Shown: positions 28,188 through 36,174 of the stretch, in pieces
How the letters are laid out: each line of letters opens with the position of its first letter
Numbering within the stretch: position 1 is the stretch's first letter
Sequence record: PV730299.1
From: a phage
Length of the DNA stretch: 64,000 nucleotides
Direction: 5' to 3' (one strand)
The notes under the pieces: generated by a model
What the model saw: only the letters and a program-made list of their open reading frames with translations
Told to the model about the DNA's origin: nothing
Database searches by the model: none
Translations under genes and position numbers: made by a program

Positions 28188-28475
28188 TTATACCTCGTCT
28201 TCTTCAGGTCCACCGTCAATCAGGATACGAGCGGCGTCGAAAGTTTCCCCGCCCGTGTTCAGCAGCTTGGTCAGATCGTCAAGATATCGGACCGTGCCAA
28301 GATCAGACGACCGCGATATAAACTCCAGCATGCCATACAACGCTGTTTGGAATCGGCTGTTGTCGATATCGTTCTTTATTACCATCAGGCGCAAGATGTT
28401 CTCTGACTGAGTATGGCCAACACACGCCTTGTCTCTGATCATCTCCTTGATAGAACTTCTCTCTGATGGTGTCAT
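28188..28475 (-). CDS. hypothetical protein
   Basis: 95-aa ORF; ATGA start/stop overlap with the upstream gene. Confidence 0.4.
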   Translation of the reverse strand: MTPSERSSIKEMIRDKACVGHTQSENILRLMVIKNDIDNSRFQTALYGMLEFISRSSDLGTVRYLDDLTKLLNTGGETFDAARILIDGGPEEDEV

Positions 28476-28846
28476 AACGTACCCCCGACAGAGATCAAGA
28501 ACTCTTCTTGCATGGTCTTGACCGGGTGGTGGTTGCGGGTTTCGAACATGAAGCCCCAGCCACCGTCGGCGACGTTGCCAAAGGTCTTGACGCCAAAGGA
28601 CTTCGTCCCGTTGGAGCAGGAATAGATGTCCAGGACGTATGGGCTACCCTGATTGTCGATCCCACGATTCACGTCGTCTGATACGCAGCGCTCAATCATC
28701 TTCCCGTTCTTATACAGAACGAGGTCTTGGCCATACGCCTTGAAAGCATAAACACCGTTGGTAGACACTCCGGTGATGACAGGAGGGGCGGAAACAGCAG
28801 CAAAGGAAGCGCCCAGCAGGGCAACAGCGAGGATTAACTTTTTCAT
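28472..28846 (-). CDS. secreted protein of unknown function
   Basis: 124 aa from MKKLILAVALLGASFAAVSA (signal peptide); conserved CTATATC-ATG initiation context. Confidence 0.55.
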   Translation of the reverse strand: MKKLILAVALLGASFAAVSAPPVITGVSTNGVYAFKAYGQDLVLYKNGKMIERCVSDDVNRGIDNQGSPYVLDIYSCSNGTKSFGVKTFGNVADGGWGFMFETRNHHPVKTMQEEFLISVGGTL

Positions 28847-28905
28847 GATATAGTCTCTTGGTTTCAAATAGACGGGGTAATCATACCCCGCCCAAAGTTA
28901 TAGAA

Positions 28906-29145
28906 TTAACTGATGTGCTTCAGAAGAGCGAAGAGGATCACGGCCTTGGCCTTTACCTTTCCTACGATGCCTGTCTCGACATCAACTTCTTCAGCAACCC
29001 ACTCTTTGCCTTTCTTGCTGATGATAACGTCACGACGCTGTGCGTAGACTTCTTTGGTCGCATACACACGGCGGAACCCTTTAGCGCGGAGCAATCCCCA
29101 ATTGCGATCAATCTCTACTGAAGTTTCGACCATTTTGTTCTTCAT
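28906..29145 (-). CDS. hypothetical protein
   Basis: 79-aa ORF downstream of a TTTACT-N17-TATTAT promoter. Confidence 0.5.
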   Translation of the reverse strand: MKNKMVETSVEIDRNWGLLRAKGFRRVYATKEVYAQRRDVIISKKGKEWVAEEVDVETGIVGKVKAKAVILFALLKHIS

Positions 29146-29196
29146 GATATAATCTTACCTTTCAACCCGGTGAACCCATCGTTCGCCAGTTATTGA

Positions 29197-29225
29197 ATAA
29201 TAGGACATTCCTTAGAGGAAGTAAA
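29197..29225 (-). promoter_or_regulatory. sigma70-like early promoter (TTTACT-N17-TATTAT)
   Basis: Minus-strand TTTACTTCCTCTAAGGAATGTCCTATTAT upstream of the 29145 start. Confidence 0.5.
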
Positions 29226-29230
29226 CCCCT

Positions 29231-29262
29231 AAAAGTAAAAATCCCCAACAAAACGTTGGGGA
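29231..29262 (-). terminator. rho-independent terminator
   Basis: Hairpin TCCCCAAC-N5-GTTGGGGA followed by TTTTTACTTTT on the minus-strand transcript, just after the ACP-like gene stop. Confidence 0.65.
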
Positions 29263-29268
29263 CTTCTG

Positions 29269-29592
29269 TTATTTGCGCAGGGCAACCACGAGTTCAGCGA
29301 GTTCACCCATGGTCGGGTCATCGCCTTTACTACCCAGCCAACCGTCGTCGATTTCGACCTGAAACTCTTCTTCTAGTTCCATTACGATTTCGATGGCATC
29401 CAGTTCATCACCGCCGAGGTCTTTCTTGGTACGGAGGCCAGCCAGCTTGTCCAGGGCGTCCTCGTTCTGAGATGCCACGTCGTCCAGCAATTTACGCTTG
29501 TCATCGTCACGCCACAGATCCATATTCAGATTGTCAGTGGCGTACTGAGCCAGATGACGCATGACTTCAACATATGTTGGTTTACTGCTCAT
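29269..29592 (-). CDS. acyl-carrier-protein-like small acidic protein with Glu in place of the carrier serine
   Basis: 107 aa; KKDLGGDELDAIEIVMELEEEFQVEI parallels the ACP helix II region ([20 protein letters not shown]) but the phosphopantetheine-attachment Ser is Glu. Confidence 0.6.
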   Translation of the reverse strand: MSSKPTYVEVMRHLAQYATDNLNMDLWRDDDKRKLLDDVASQNEDALDKLAGLRTKKDLGGDELDAIEIVMELEEEFQVEIDDGWLGSKGDDPTMGELAELVVALRK

Positions 29593-29600
29593 GCTACTTC

Positions 29601-29627
29601 TCCCAAAGAAAGGCGGGTTGCCCCGCC
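29601..29627 (-). terminator. rho-independent terminator
   Basis: Hairpin GGCGGG-N4-CCCGCC followed by TTTCTTTGGG on the minus-strand transcript, after the VWA gene stop. Confidence 0.6.
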
Positions 29628-29634
29628 CGTTGGA

Positions 29635-31878
29635 TTAGATTTTGATTTCTTTCTCTGTCAGTTCGGCAGTGACCTTGTACTTCACGCCATCCACTTCAAC
29701 TTCCATGGTGGACTCTTCCAAGTCGAGGTCGGTGAACCAGCCATGGCCAGCAACGATACCATAAACCACTTTAGACAGCGTCTTGTTCAGGGCACGGACT
29801 TCGGTGATGGCCGCCTTGGCAGCAGCGTCGATCCAGTTTTCGATCAGATGTTTCTGTAAGGCTTCAGGCACGGCAGTGATCATAGGAGACTTCACGAATG
29901 CTTCGTACTCCTTCAGCGCATTGGCGATGAACAAGTCACCAGCATTGAGTTTCTTGTTCTCGGCAATCTTCTTCTGTACCGCTGCGATAGACGGTAGAGA
30001 AGAAGCGCCAGCGATCTTCACGTTCAGCTCACGGCTCATGTAGAAGTCGGTAGACTCTTTGGTCTCAGTCTTCGGTGAGAATCCGTAATCGCGGATGCCG
30101 TAGGAGGACAGGAACTCGGCCGCCTCAGCGCCGTACTGTACTGCCAGGCCTTTGGCGTTACCCTTACCAACCAGGGCGTCTCGATAGAACTTCAGCACCT
30201 TCTGCTTGCCTTTCAGGGCTTCCAGACGGACATTATCCGCAAAGAACTGAGCAGCACTGATGTTCTTGACCATGGCGCGGTTGACCAGTGGTACACTTTC
30301 CAGGTTCAGGACAAACACTTCTGGACCACCAAACACGTGGACACCCATTTCGATCAGCTTATGCACGACTTCGATATCAGCCTTGAACGGCAGAGTCTTC
30401 ACGTTAATGATACCGTCTTTGACGATCGTGTAGTTGCGCCACTGGAAAGTATCCAGTTCTTCAGGCAGGCCGAACTTCTTCTGTGCGAATTCAGGCACAG
30501 CCACAGTACCGTGTTGAATTGTACGCACACTGATGTTCGGGCGCTCGGAGTTATAGACCAAATCGCTGATTGGCACAACACCCAGGTCGTTGGTAGGTTC
30601 GAACGTCGGGTTCCACTCTTCGTGCTCTGCCAGCTTGAGAGCCAGGGCTTTACGCTCTTCTTTGGACTGAGCATTCGCGATCTGTTCTGCCAGCTTGTCT
30701 TCGGTGTCGTCGGTTTTCTGCACAGTACCGCGCCCGATACTCTTATAGGAGAACATCGGATGCTTGGTAGCAACAGGCACACCAGCTTCAGCCAGGTACG
30801 TCAGCACATCAACAACGGTGGTCGCGTCTTCGGCCGGAACCAGGTCATAGTCAATACCGTCAACGCCGCGCAGCTGGTCGTCAACAATCGCCTGAACCAG
30901 ATCGTTCTTGATGTTGGAGTAGTCCTGCTTGGTGAAGCAGTTGCTGTACTGTTTGATGAAGCGAACGTCACCCGTTTTCTTCAGTGCAGCCCACACCAGG
31001 TCCGCGTCCATGATGTGTACGCCGTAGAACGCCAGCACGTATGCCGCCTGGATATCCGTCAGACTATCCATCTGGTCGATCATGTTAGGGTTTACAACCC
31101 ACAGCTTGGTGACGCTCTCAGGGATGCTCACATAGCCGACCGGGTGAGAGTCATCGTCCTGCACCGCCAGTACTGTTGCCACACCGTTTTCGACGTAGAT
31201 GGCATGGGTGTAGATGACTGGGACATCAACTTTCACCTTCGGCACTGATGACTTCAGCACGTTTTCCAGTTCGGTCTGGTATTCGGTCTGACCTTCGGCA
31301 AACACATGAGTCGCGCCAGAGCGCTCGGACATCAGAGCCAGCAGTTCGCGGTTACAGTGCCAGCCGTATTCGATGAAAGTAATGTTATCGAACACAGAAG
31401 GCAAGGTTTCGGCGACGGCCAGGATTTCGTTTGAGCGCCAGCAGTTGTCATAACCATCGGTCATGAATGCCAGGTTGTTGACGTAACCAGGTTTCTTCAG
31501 GTCACGCGCAGTATCCATCGCCAGTTTCAACGGCTCAACGAAGCCAGTACATCCGGACGGTTGCAGGAAGCGATCGATCAGTTTGTTCAGCTCGCTCAGG
31601 TCAGACGCAGCACTAACCTGGCGGCCAGCGAACACAGTACCAAAGTCGCCTTTGGAGGAGAAATACAGAACGCTCACAGTGTCTTCCGGTTTCACCAGGG
31701 AAGGCAGGTTCTCCTTCAGATGCTTACGGACTTCAGGGAGCGCACGGTACATAGAGCCGGAAATGTCTACAACGATTACATGGTTGGACGGGGCAGCAGT
31801 CGCAACCGCATTCTTAAATTCTAATGATTCAATCATTGTTCTCTTCGCCTTGTGCGTAAGGGTTAAGTTCAGACTCAT
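29635..31878 (-). CDS. von Willebrand factor A (VWA) domain protein, function unknown
   Basis: 747 aa; N-terminal VWA with MIDAS motif VIVVDISGSM and downstream T/D residues; long C-terminal region without a recognised family; start could alternatively be the ATG 14 codons in (MIESLEF). Confidence 0.7.
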   Translation of the reverse strand: MSLNLTLTHKAKRTMIESLEFKNAVATAAPSNHVIVVDISGSMYRALPEVRKHLKENLPSLVKPEDTVSVLYFSSKGDFGTVFAGRQVSAASDLSELNKLIDRFLQPSGCTGFVEPLKLAMDTARDLKKPGYVNNLAFMTDGYDNCWRSNEILAVAETLPSVFDNITFIEYGWHCNRELLALMSERSGATHVFAEGQTEYQTELENVLKSSVPKVKVDVPVIYTHAIYVENGVATVLAVQDDDSHPVGYVSIPESVTKLWVVNPNMIDQMDSLTDIQAAYVLAFYGVHIMDADLVWAALKKTGDVRFIKQYSNCFTKQDYSNIKNDLVQAIVDDQLRGVDGIDYDLVPAEDATTVVDVLTYLAEAGVPVATKHPMFSYKSIGRGTVQKTDDTEDKLAEQIANAQSKEERKALALKLAEHEEWNPTFEPTNDLGVVPISDLVYNSERPNISVRTIQHGTVAVPEFAQKKFGLPEELDTFQWRNYTIVKDGIINVKTLPFKADIEVVHKLIEMGVHVFGGPEVFVLNLESVPLVNRAMVKNISAAQFFADNVRLEALKGKQKVLKFYRDALVGKGNAKGLAVQYGAEAAEFLSSYGIRDYGFSPKTETKESTDFYMSRELNVKIAGASSLPSIAAVQKKIAENKKLNAGDLFIANALKEYEAFVKSPMITAVPEALQKHLIENWIDAAAKAAITEVRALNKTLSKVVYGIVAGHGWFTDLDLEESTMEVEVDGVKYKVTAELTEKEIKI

Positions 31879-32044
31879 CAGCGGCTTCGATGCGCGTCTT
31901 TACAGAGTCCAGCATATTGTTGATAAATTCACGAGACTGCTCCAGCTGAGCCAAGAGCACATCCTTTGGAGCATAGTTCTGAATGCAAGCCGGAATACTT
32001 TCAGACGTCGCCTTCAGGTCGGTAAAACATTCTTTCAGTATCAT
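31829..32044 (-). CDS. hypothetical small protein
   Basis: 71-aa ORF between the NadV-like terminator and the VWA gene; weak SD. Confidence 0.3.
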   Translation of the reverse strand: MILKECFTDLKATSESIPACIQNYAPKDVLLAQLEQSREFINNMLDSVKTRIEAADESELNPYAQGEENND

Positions 32045-32110
32045 TTGATCTCACTTAACAGAGACGAAGCCCTGTTGGGATTTAATAGCGGTCTTCACAG
32101 ACATCAGGTT

Positions 32111-32138
32111 TCCCTCAAAACAGGGGAGTCTCCTCCCC
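32111..32138 (-). terminator. rho-independent terminator downstream of the NadV-like gene
   Basis: Hairpin GGGGAG-N4-CTCCCC followed by TGTTTTGAGGG on the minus-strand transcript. Confidence 0.6.
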
Positions 32139-32146
32139 TTCGGTTA

Positions 32147-33811
32147 TCAGATTTGTGAGGCCAGTTCTGTCACCAGAGGAGCGGCACGAACACGCGCATC
32201 TTCCAGTGTTTGAGTATTGAAGAACTCGCCATCACGATACACCAGCTGGTGCTGGTTGTCGGCGTCTTGCACCTGATCAAAGGTGATACCGTCAACCAAC
32301 ACTAGTTTACCCTGAGAGTCTTTAATGACTTTAAGGAAACCACGCGCAGACTTTTTAGTCCCGCCTTTATCGGTCTTCGGCTCTTTGAAGATCTCACGGA
32401 ATTCGCCGTTCACTTTACCAGCCGTGGCTTTCACCGCCGTGCCAGTACTGTCACGGGTGTTCATCTGGTAGGTGTAGGAACCGATACCGAACACCACGTT
32501 GATGGAAGCGAAGTTCCGGTCAGCCAGACGGCTAAAGATCTGGTCTTCACGCGACAGGGTGATAGAATCACCGTAGATCAGGCCGATGTGCTCATCCAAC
32601 AGGAAGTGCCCAGTTTCAGTCTGGGTGCCACCAAAGATCTCCCACAGGCGCTGGATAGAGCCGACCGCTTCTGAACGGCTGATGATATTACGGTCATCTG
32701 CCATCAGAGAGTTGATCGTGCCTTCGCCTGTAATCAGGTGGTAGGTGTTCGTCTCTTCGATGTGAATAACTTCTGTGTCGCTAGACACACCGCTAATGTT
32801 CAGCGTGGCACGGTCTTTGAACCCCTCGATGCGGTAGCCGCCAACAATGTGTACAGGGTCGCCCGAGTCGGGGCGGATCACGACTTTACCATTGCGCGCC
32901 ATGATAATGTCTTTCAGGCGAGGGAGATAGTCGTCGATGACCTGCCAGTAATCCCATGCATCAGACACGATGCTGACGGTGCCATCAGGATACACGTCCT
33001 GCACCAGGCGGCGGAAGGTTTCGAATTCGCCATCCTTCGTGCCCATACACATCACGGCGTGTTCGGTAGCCGCAACAGAACCAGCAACGACATAATCTTC
33101 GTCGATGTCTGCGCCATAATACTCTTCTACGAAGTCTAGGGCAGGGTTGGTATCGGTGCCTTTGAAGAACACCAGATGACCGGAACCGGAAGACGCCGCG
33201 TCATGCCACCCGCTCATACCACGGAAGGAGAAGTCGTGGCCTTGGTAGTCGATGAACCAATGGTCCGGCGACACGCCTGTAGCGAGGGCAGCTTTCACCA
33301 TCAGTGCCTTGTAATGCAGAGCTATGGTGGCGTTCGTCATCGGCTTCCATATCTCAGAGCTGAACACGGTCTCCAGATAGTTGGTCAGCCAGTAGAACTC
33401 CGGCAGGGTATTGAACATCACATACACCGGAACGCCATACGGGCACATGGTGCCTTCAGGCAGCGCACGGACTTCGATAGGAAGGTAGCCGAGGTCATGC
33501 AGGGCTTCAATATGCTCTGTGCCGACGCGGCCTGGACCCAGGACTTTGTTCATGCGACGGGCATACTTCTTCAGCACCTTGGCCTTCGGGCACTGGAAGA
33601 ATGCTTCGTCAAACAGTTCGTGGAACCAGGTCATGAAGCCCTGGATGCCCCAGACCACCACTCCGTTCTTCGGCAGGTGAGAGTTGAACAGTTTGTTAGA
33701 GCGCGGAGTTCCGTTGGAGAACACCAGCTCACTGCCTTCAGGGAACTGATAGATGTGCCCCGATTTGTAGAAGTCGATTGCATGGATTGGGTCTAAGTGG
33801 CGCATGCTCAT
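32147..33811 (-). CDS. nadV: nicotinamide phosphoribosyltransferase family protein (NadV/Nampt-like; candidate Namat of a NARP1 module)
   Basis: 554 aa with overall Nampt/NadV-like character; start overlaps the stop of the Prs-like gene (ATGA). Confidence 0.85.
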   Translation of the reverse strand: MSMRHLDPIHAIDFYKSGHIYQFPEGSELVFSNGTPRSNKLFNSHLPKNGVVVWGIQGFMTWFHELFDEAFFQCPKAKVLKKYARRMNKVLGPGRVGTEHIEALHDLGYLPIEVRALPEGTMCPYGVPVYVMFNTLPEFYWLTNYLETVFSSEIWKPMTNATIALHYKALMVKAALATGVSPDHWFIDYQGHDFSFRGMSGWHDAASSGSGHLVFFKGTDTNPALDFVEEYYGADIDEDYVVAGSVAATEHAVMCMGTKDGEFETFRRLVQDVYPDGTVSIVSDAWDYWQVIDDYLPRLKDIIMARNGKVVIRPDSGDPVHIVGGYRIEGFKDRATLNISGVSSDTEVIHIEETNTYHLITGEGTINSLMADDRNIISRSEAVGSIQRLWEIFGGTQTETGHFLLDEHIGLIYGDSITLSREDQIFSRLADRNFASINVVFGIGSYTYQMNTRDSTGTAVKATAGKVNGEFREIFKEPKTDKGGTKKSARGFLKVIKDSQGKLVLVDGITFDQVQDADNQHQLVYRDGEFFNTQTLEDARVRAAPLVTELASQI

Positions 33812-34662
33812 TTTACACGTCCTGTATTTTCAGTTTTGAAAGGAAGCCCGTCGGCGGTGATGTTCTCCCACCAGACAGTGTCGGCATACACAGCATCATA
33901 GATCCCGTCGAAAACAGAGAGACCTTTGCTGAAGATGCCATGGGTAACGAAGAGTGTCATGTGCTTAGGCTTGTGCTTCTGAAGCTCTTTGCCTAACTCA
34001 ACGAAAGTGCGCCCGCCGTCGCAGATATCATCAACCACAACCAGATAGCGGTCTTTGATCAGTTCAGGGTTCGTAATACTCACCCCAATGATCTCACCAG
34101 TCTTGGTGTCACGGTTCTTGTGACCGTAGACAATAGGAACACCGTCCAACGACAGGCTGAGGGCTTCGGTCTTCTTAGCCGCGCCGCCGTCAGGGGCCAC
34201 CAACACAGCGTTGTTCCCACGGATGAACCAACCCAGATACTGACGCACGATGTAATCTTGCGGGACAACATGGACGTTGTTGATCAGAGAAGACACAACA
34301 TGGCTGTGAGGATCTTTGATCGCCACGCGGTCAAAGTTCATGCTATTGATGAACTCAGCCGCCCACTTCACAGACAGAGGCTCACCGAAGTCACAATGGC
34401 GGTCCTGGCGAGCATACGGGAAATAAGGGATATACGCATGGAATGTCGTCAGACGGTCCACGTTACCCAGACCACGAACGGCGTTTACCAGAAGCGCCAG
34501 CTCAATGAAGTCAGCCGATGATTTGATGTGAGCATCAATCACCACGTTCTGAACGTGGCCGATAGGGATACCAGACTTTTGAATCTTGATATGTTCCTCA
34601 CCACCTGGGAAGGTGAAGTGTTTGTAGAACACATCTTGGTCGTTCAATTTCAAACGAAACAT
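33808..34662 (-). CDS. prs: ribose-phosphate pyrophosphokinase family protein (Prs-like; candidate Adps of a NARP1 module)
   Basis: 284 aa; IPYFPYARQDR and VVDDICDGGRT match the Prs motifs IPYFGYARQDR and LVDDMIDTGGT, but the protein is shorter and more divergent than housekeeping Prs. Confidence 0.85.
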   Translation of the reverse strand: MFRLKLNDQDVFYKHFTFPGGEEHIKIQKSGIPIGHVQNVVIDAHIKSSADFIELALLVNAVRGLGNVDRLTTFHAYIPYFPYARQDRHCDFGEPLSVKWAAEFINSMNFDRVAIKDPHSHVVSSLINNVHVVPQDYIVRQYLGWFIRGNNAVLVAPDGGAAKKTEALSLSLDGVPIVYGHKNRDTKTGEIIGVSITNPELIKDRYLVVVDDICDGGRTFVELGKELQKHKPKHMTLFVTHGIFSKGLSVFDGIYDAVYADTVWWENITADGLPFKTENTGRVK

Positions 34663-34770
34663 AATGCAGCCTCATGGTGTATTGTACAGCCGTATTATAC
34701 TGTGATGCACAAATTGAAACGTCCAGCATTTACGCTGGACGTTATTGATATTGAAAAGGTTTTGACAAAC

Positions 34771-35004
34771 TCAGGATTTGGAGGAAGCGCCCTTCCATGT
34801 CTGACGTTTGTAGTGGGAAGCCATGGCCATCGACCCGGCGTATTGTGTTTCACCCCTGACTACCACAGCCACAACCAGCTTATGTCGCAACAGGAAGTCC
34901 AGACCTGACTTAGACGGGATATCGCCAATGCTCAGTGGACCACGATTGTACAGGGCATACATGGTGTCAAGCGCCGCCCCGGTAAAGATAATCTCTTTAG
35001 ACAT
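34771..35004 (-). CDS. hypothetical protein
   Basis: 78 aa from MSKEIIF; the track ORF starts further upstream and overlaps the preceding gene. Confidence 0.4.
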   Translation of the reverse strand: MSKEIIFTGAALDTMYALYNRGPLSIGDIPSKSGLDFLLRHKLVVAVVVRGETQYAGSMAMASHYKRQTWKGASSKS

Positions 35005-35011
35005 GGCGGTC

Positions 35012-35317
35012 TCACTTAAACGAGTCAACGATGGATGTAAGAATTTCGGGGGTGGGTTTGGCGTCTTGTGGTTCACGGAAACCCACCTTTGCGATGCGAC
35101 CCAAGACATTGTACACTTCGCGCGGAAGGGTGTCTACGACCGTGTCCGACATGAACGCCACGTCTTCTTGGATGGCGTTGTATTCGGCCAGTTTAGCCAG
35201 TTCTGATTCTACCAGGGACTTCAGCTTTTGCAATGGGTCGTTGCAATAGTTGAGACGGTTGCAGTTGGTGAGCGCCTGGGTTAGATTCTCAAACGCTTCT
35301 TGTATTTCCTTTGACAT
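35012..35317 (-). CDS. hypothetical protein
   Basis: 102 aa from MSKEIQEAF with GAGG about 10 nt upstream. Confidence 0.45.
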   Translation of the reverse strand: MSKEIQEAFENLTQALTNCNRLNYCNDPLQKLKSLVESELAKLAEYNAIQEDVAFMSDTVVDTLPREVYNVLGRIAKVGFREPQDAKPTPEILTSIVDSFK

Positions 35318-35404
35318 TGATATGTGCCTCGTATTGTTGACAGACAACAACTACTTTACGGCACATGTCGATATCGAACAAGCCAATATGACACTCACGC
35401 TTCT

Positions 35405-35698
35405 TTATCCCCAGCTTATGCGCCAGCCAACTGTAAGCGTCGCTCCTGCTCCTCTCTCCGTTTTCCATAATGGGTCAAACGATCTATGGGCTTTTTGCTT
35501 CTCGGCACGGAGAGCGGCATTCGCCATCCTTCCCAGAGGCTGTCTGCCGTCGCCATGGGCATGGCAACCGACACGGGCATCACACGGGGTGCATATCCAG
35601 AACTTCAGATTGCGGAGGTCAGGGCGATGAGGGTAGAGAACATCACCACCGACGAATTCGGCTGGGAGGCCACAGTAATCACATATAACATGTTTCAT
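35405..35698 (-). CDS. putative zinc-ribbon protein
   Basis: 98 aa from MKHVICDYCG; cysteine pairs CDYCG and CTPCDARVGCH; the track start at 35725 lies inside the upstream terminator hairpin. Confidence 0.5.
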   Translation of the reverse strand: MKHVICDYCGLPAEFVGGDVLYPHRPDLRNLKFWICTPCDARVGCHAHGDGRQPLGRMANAALRAEKQKAHRSFDPLWKTERGAGATLTVGWRISWG

Positions 35699-35705
35699 AT
35701 TCTTT

Positions 35706-35736
35706 GTCCAAAAGAAACCCCGCACATGGCGGGGTT
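35706..35736 (-). terminator. rho-independent terminator
   Basis: Hairpin AACCCCGC-N5-GCGGGGTT followed by TCTTTTGG on the minus-strand transcript. Confidence 0.6.
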
Positions 35737-35758
35737 GCTCAGGCTGAGGTCAGACAGA

Positions 35759-36130
35759 TTATTTCAGGAGTGCTTCCAGTTCTTCAACAGATTTGCTTTC
35801 CAGCTCTTGCTGTTTCTTACGCTGGATCAGCTCCAGGATAATCTGGTTGTTCGCCTTACGCTCTGCCGCTTCTCTGCTGTCGTCACGTTCTTTCAGCTTA
35901 ACGCCGATGATGTGCTTGACAACGTCGAAGCGCAGCTGCAGTTCGGAGTCAACGTTGCTTTTGGTGCCAATGAAATCTTCTTCATCGGTTTCTGCTGCTT
36001 TCACCTGACGGCTCAGACCTTTCGCCATTTCGTTCAGGGCAGTCAGGCTCAGGTCCCAGACCTGCTCAACAGACAGCAGACCTTTGTTAGACTCGAAGCG
36101 CAGTTTCATACGGGTTGCTTTATCAAACAT
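35759..36130 (-). CDS. hypothetical protein (predicted coiled-coil)
   Basis: 123 aa; SD GAGGATAGTAAA-ATG. Confidence 0.55.
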   Translation of the reverse strand: MFDKATRMKLRFESNKGLLSVEQVWDLSLTALNEMAKGLSRQVKAAETDEEDFIGTKSNVDSELQLRFDVVKHIIGVKLKERDDSREAAERKANNQIILELIQRKKQQELESKSVEELEALLK

Positions 36131-36174
36131 TTTACTATCCTCAATGATGAATGGGTTACAATTTCAAATCAGGT

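Noticed and set aside
30337-31248. 303-aa plus-strand ORF antisense to the VWA gene, and 53221-54084 antisense to the capsid gene
   Set aside because: Shadow ORFs of strongly supported minus-strand genes
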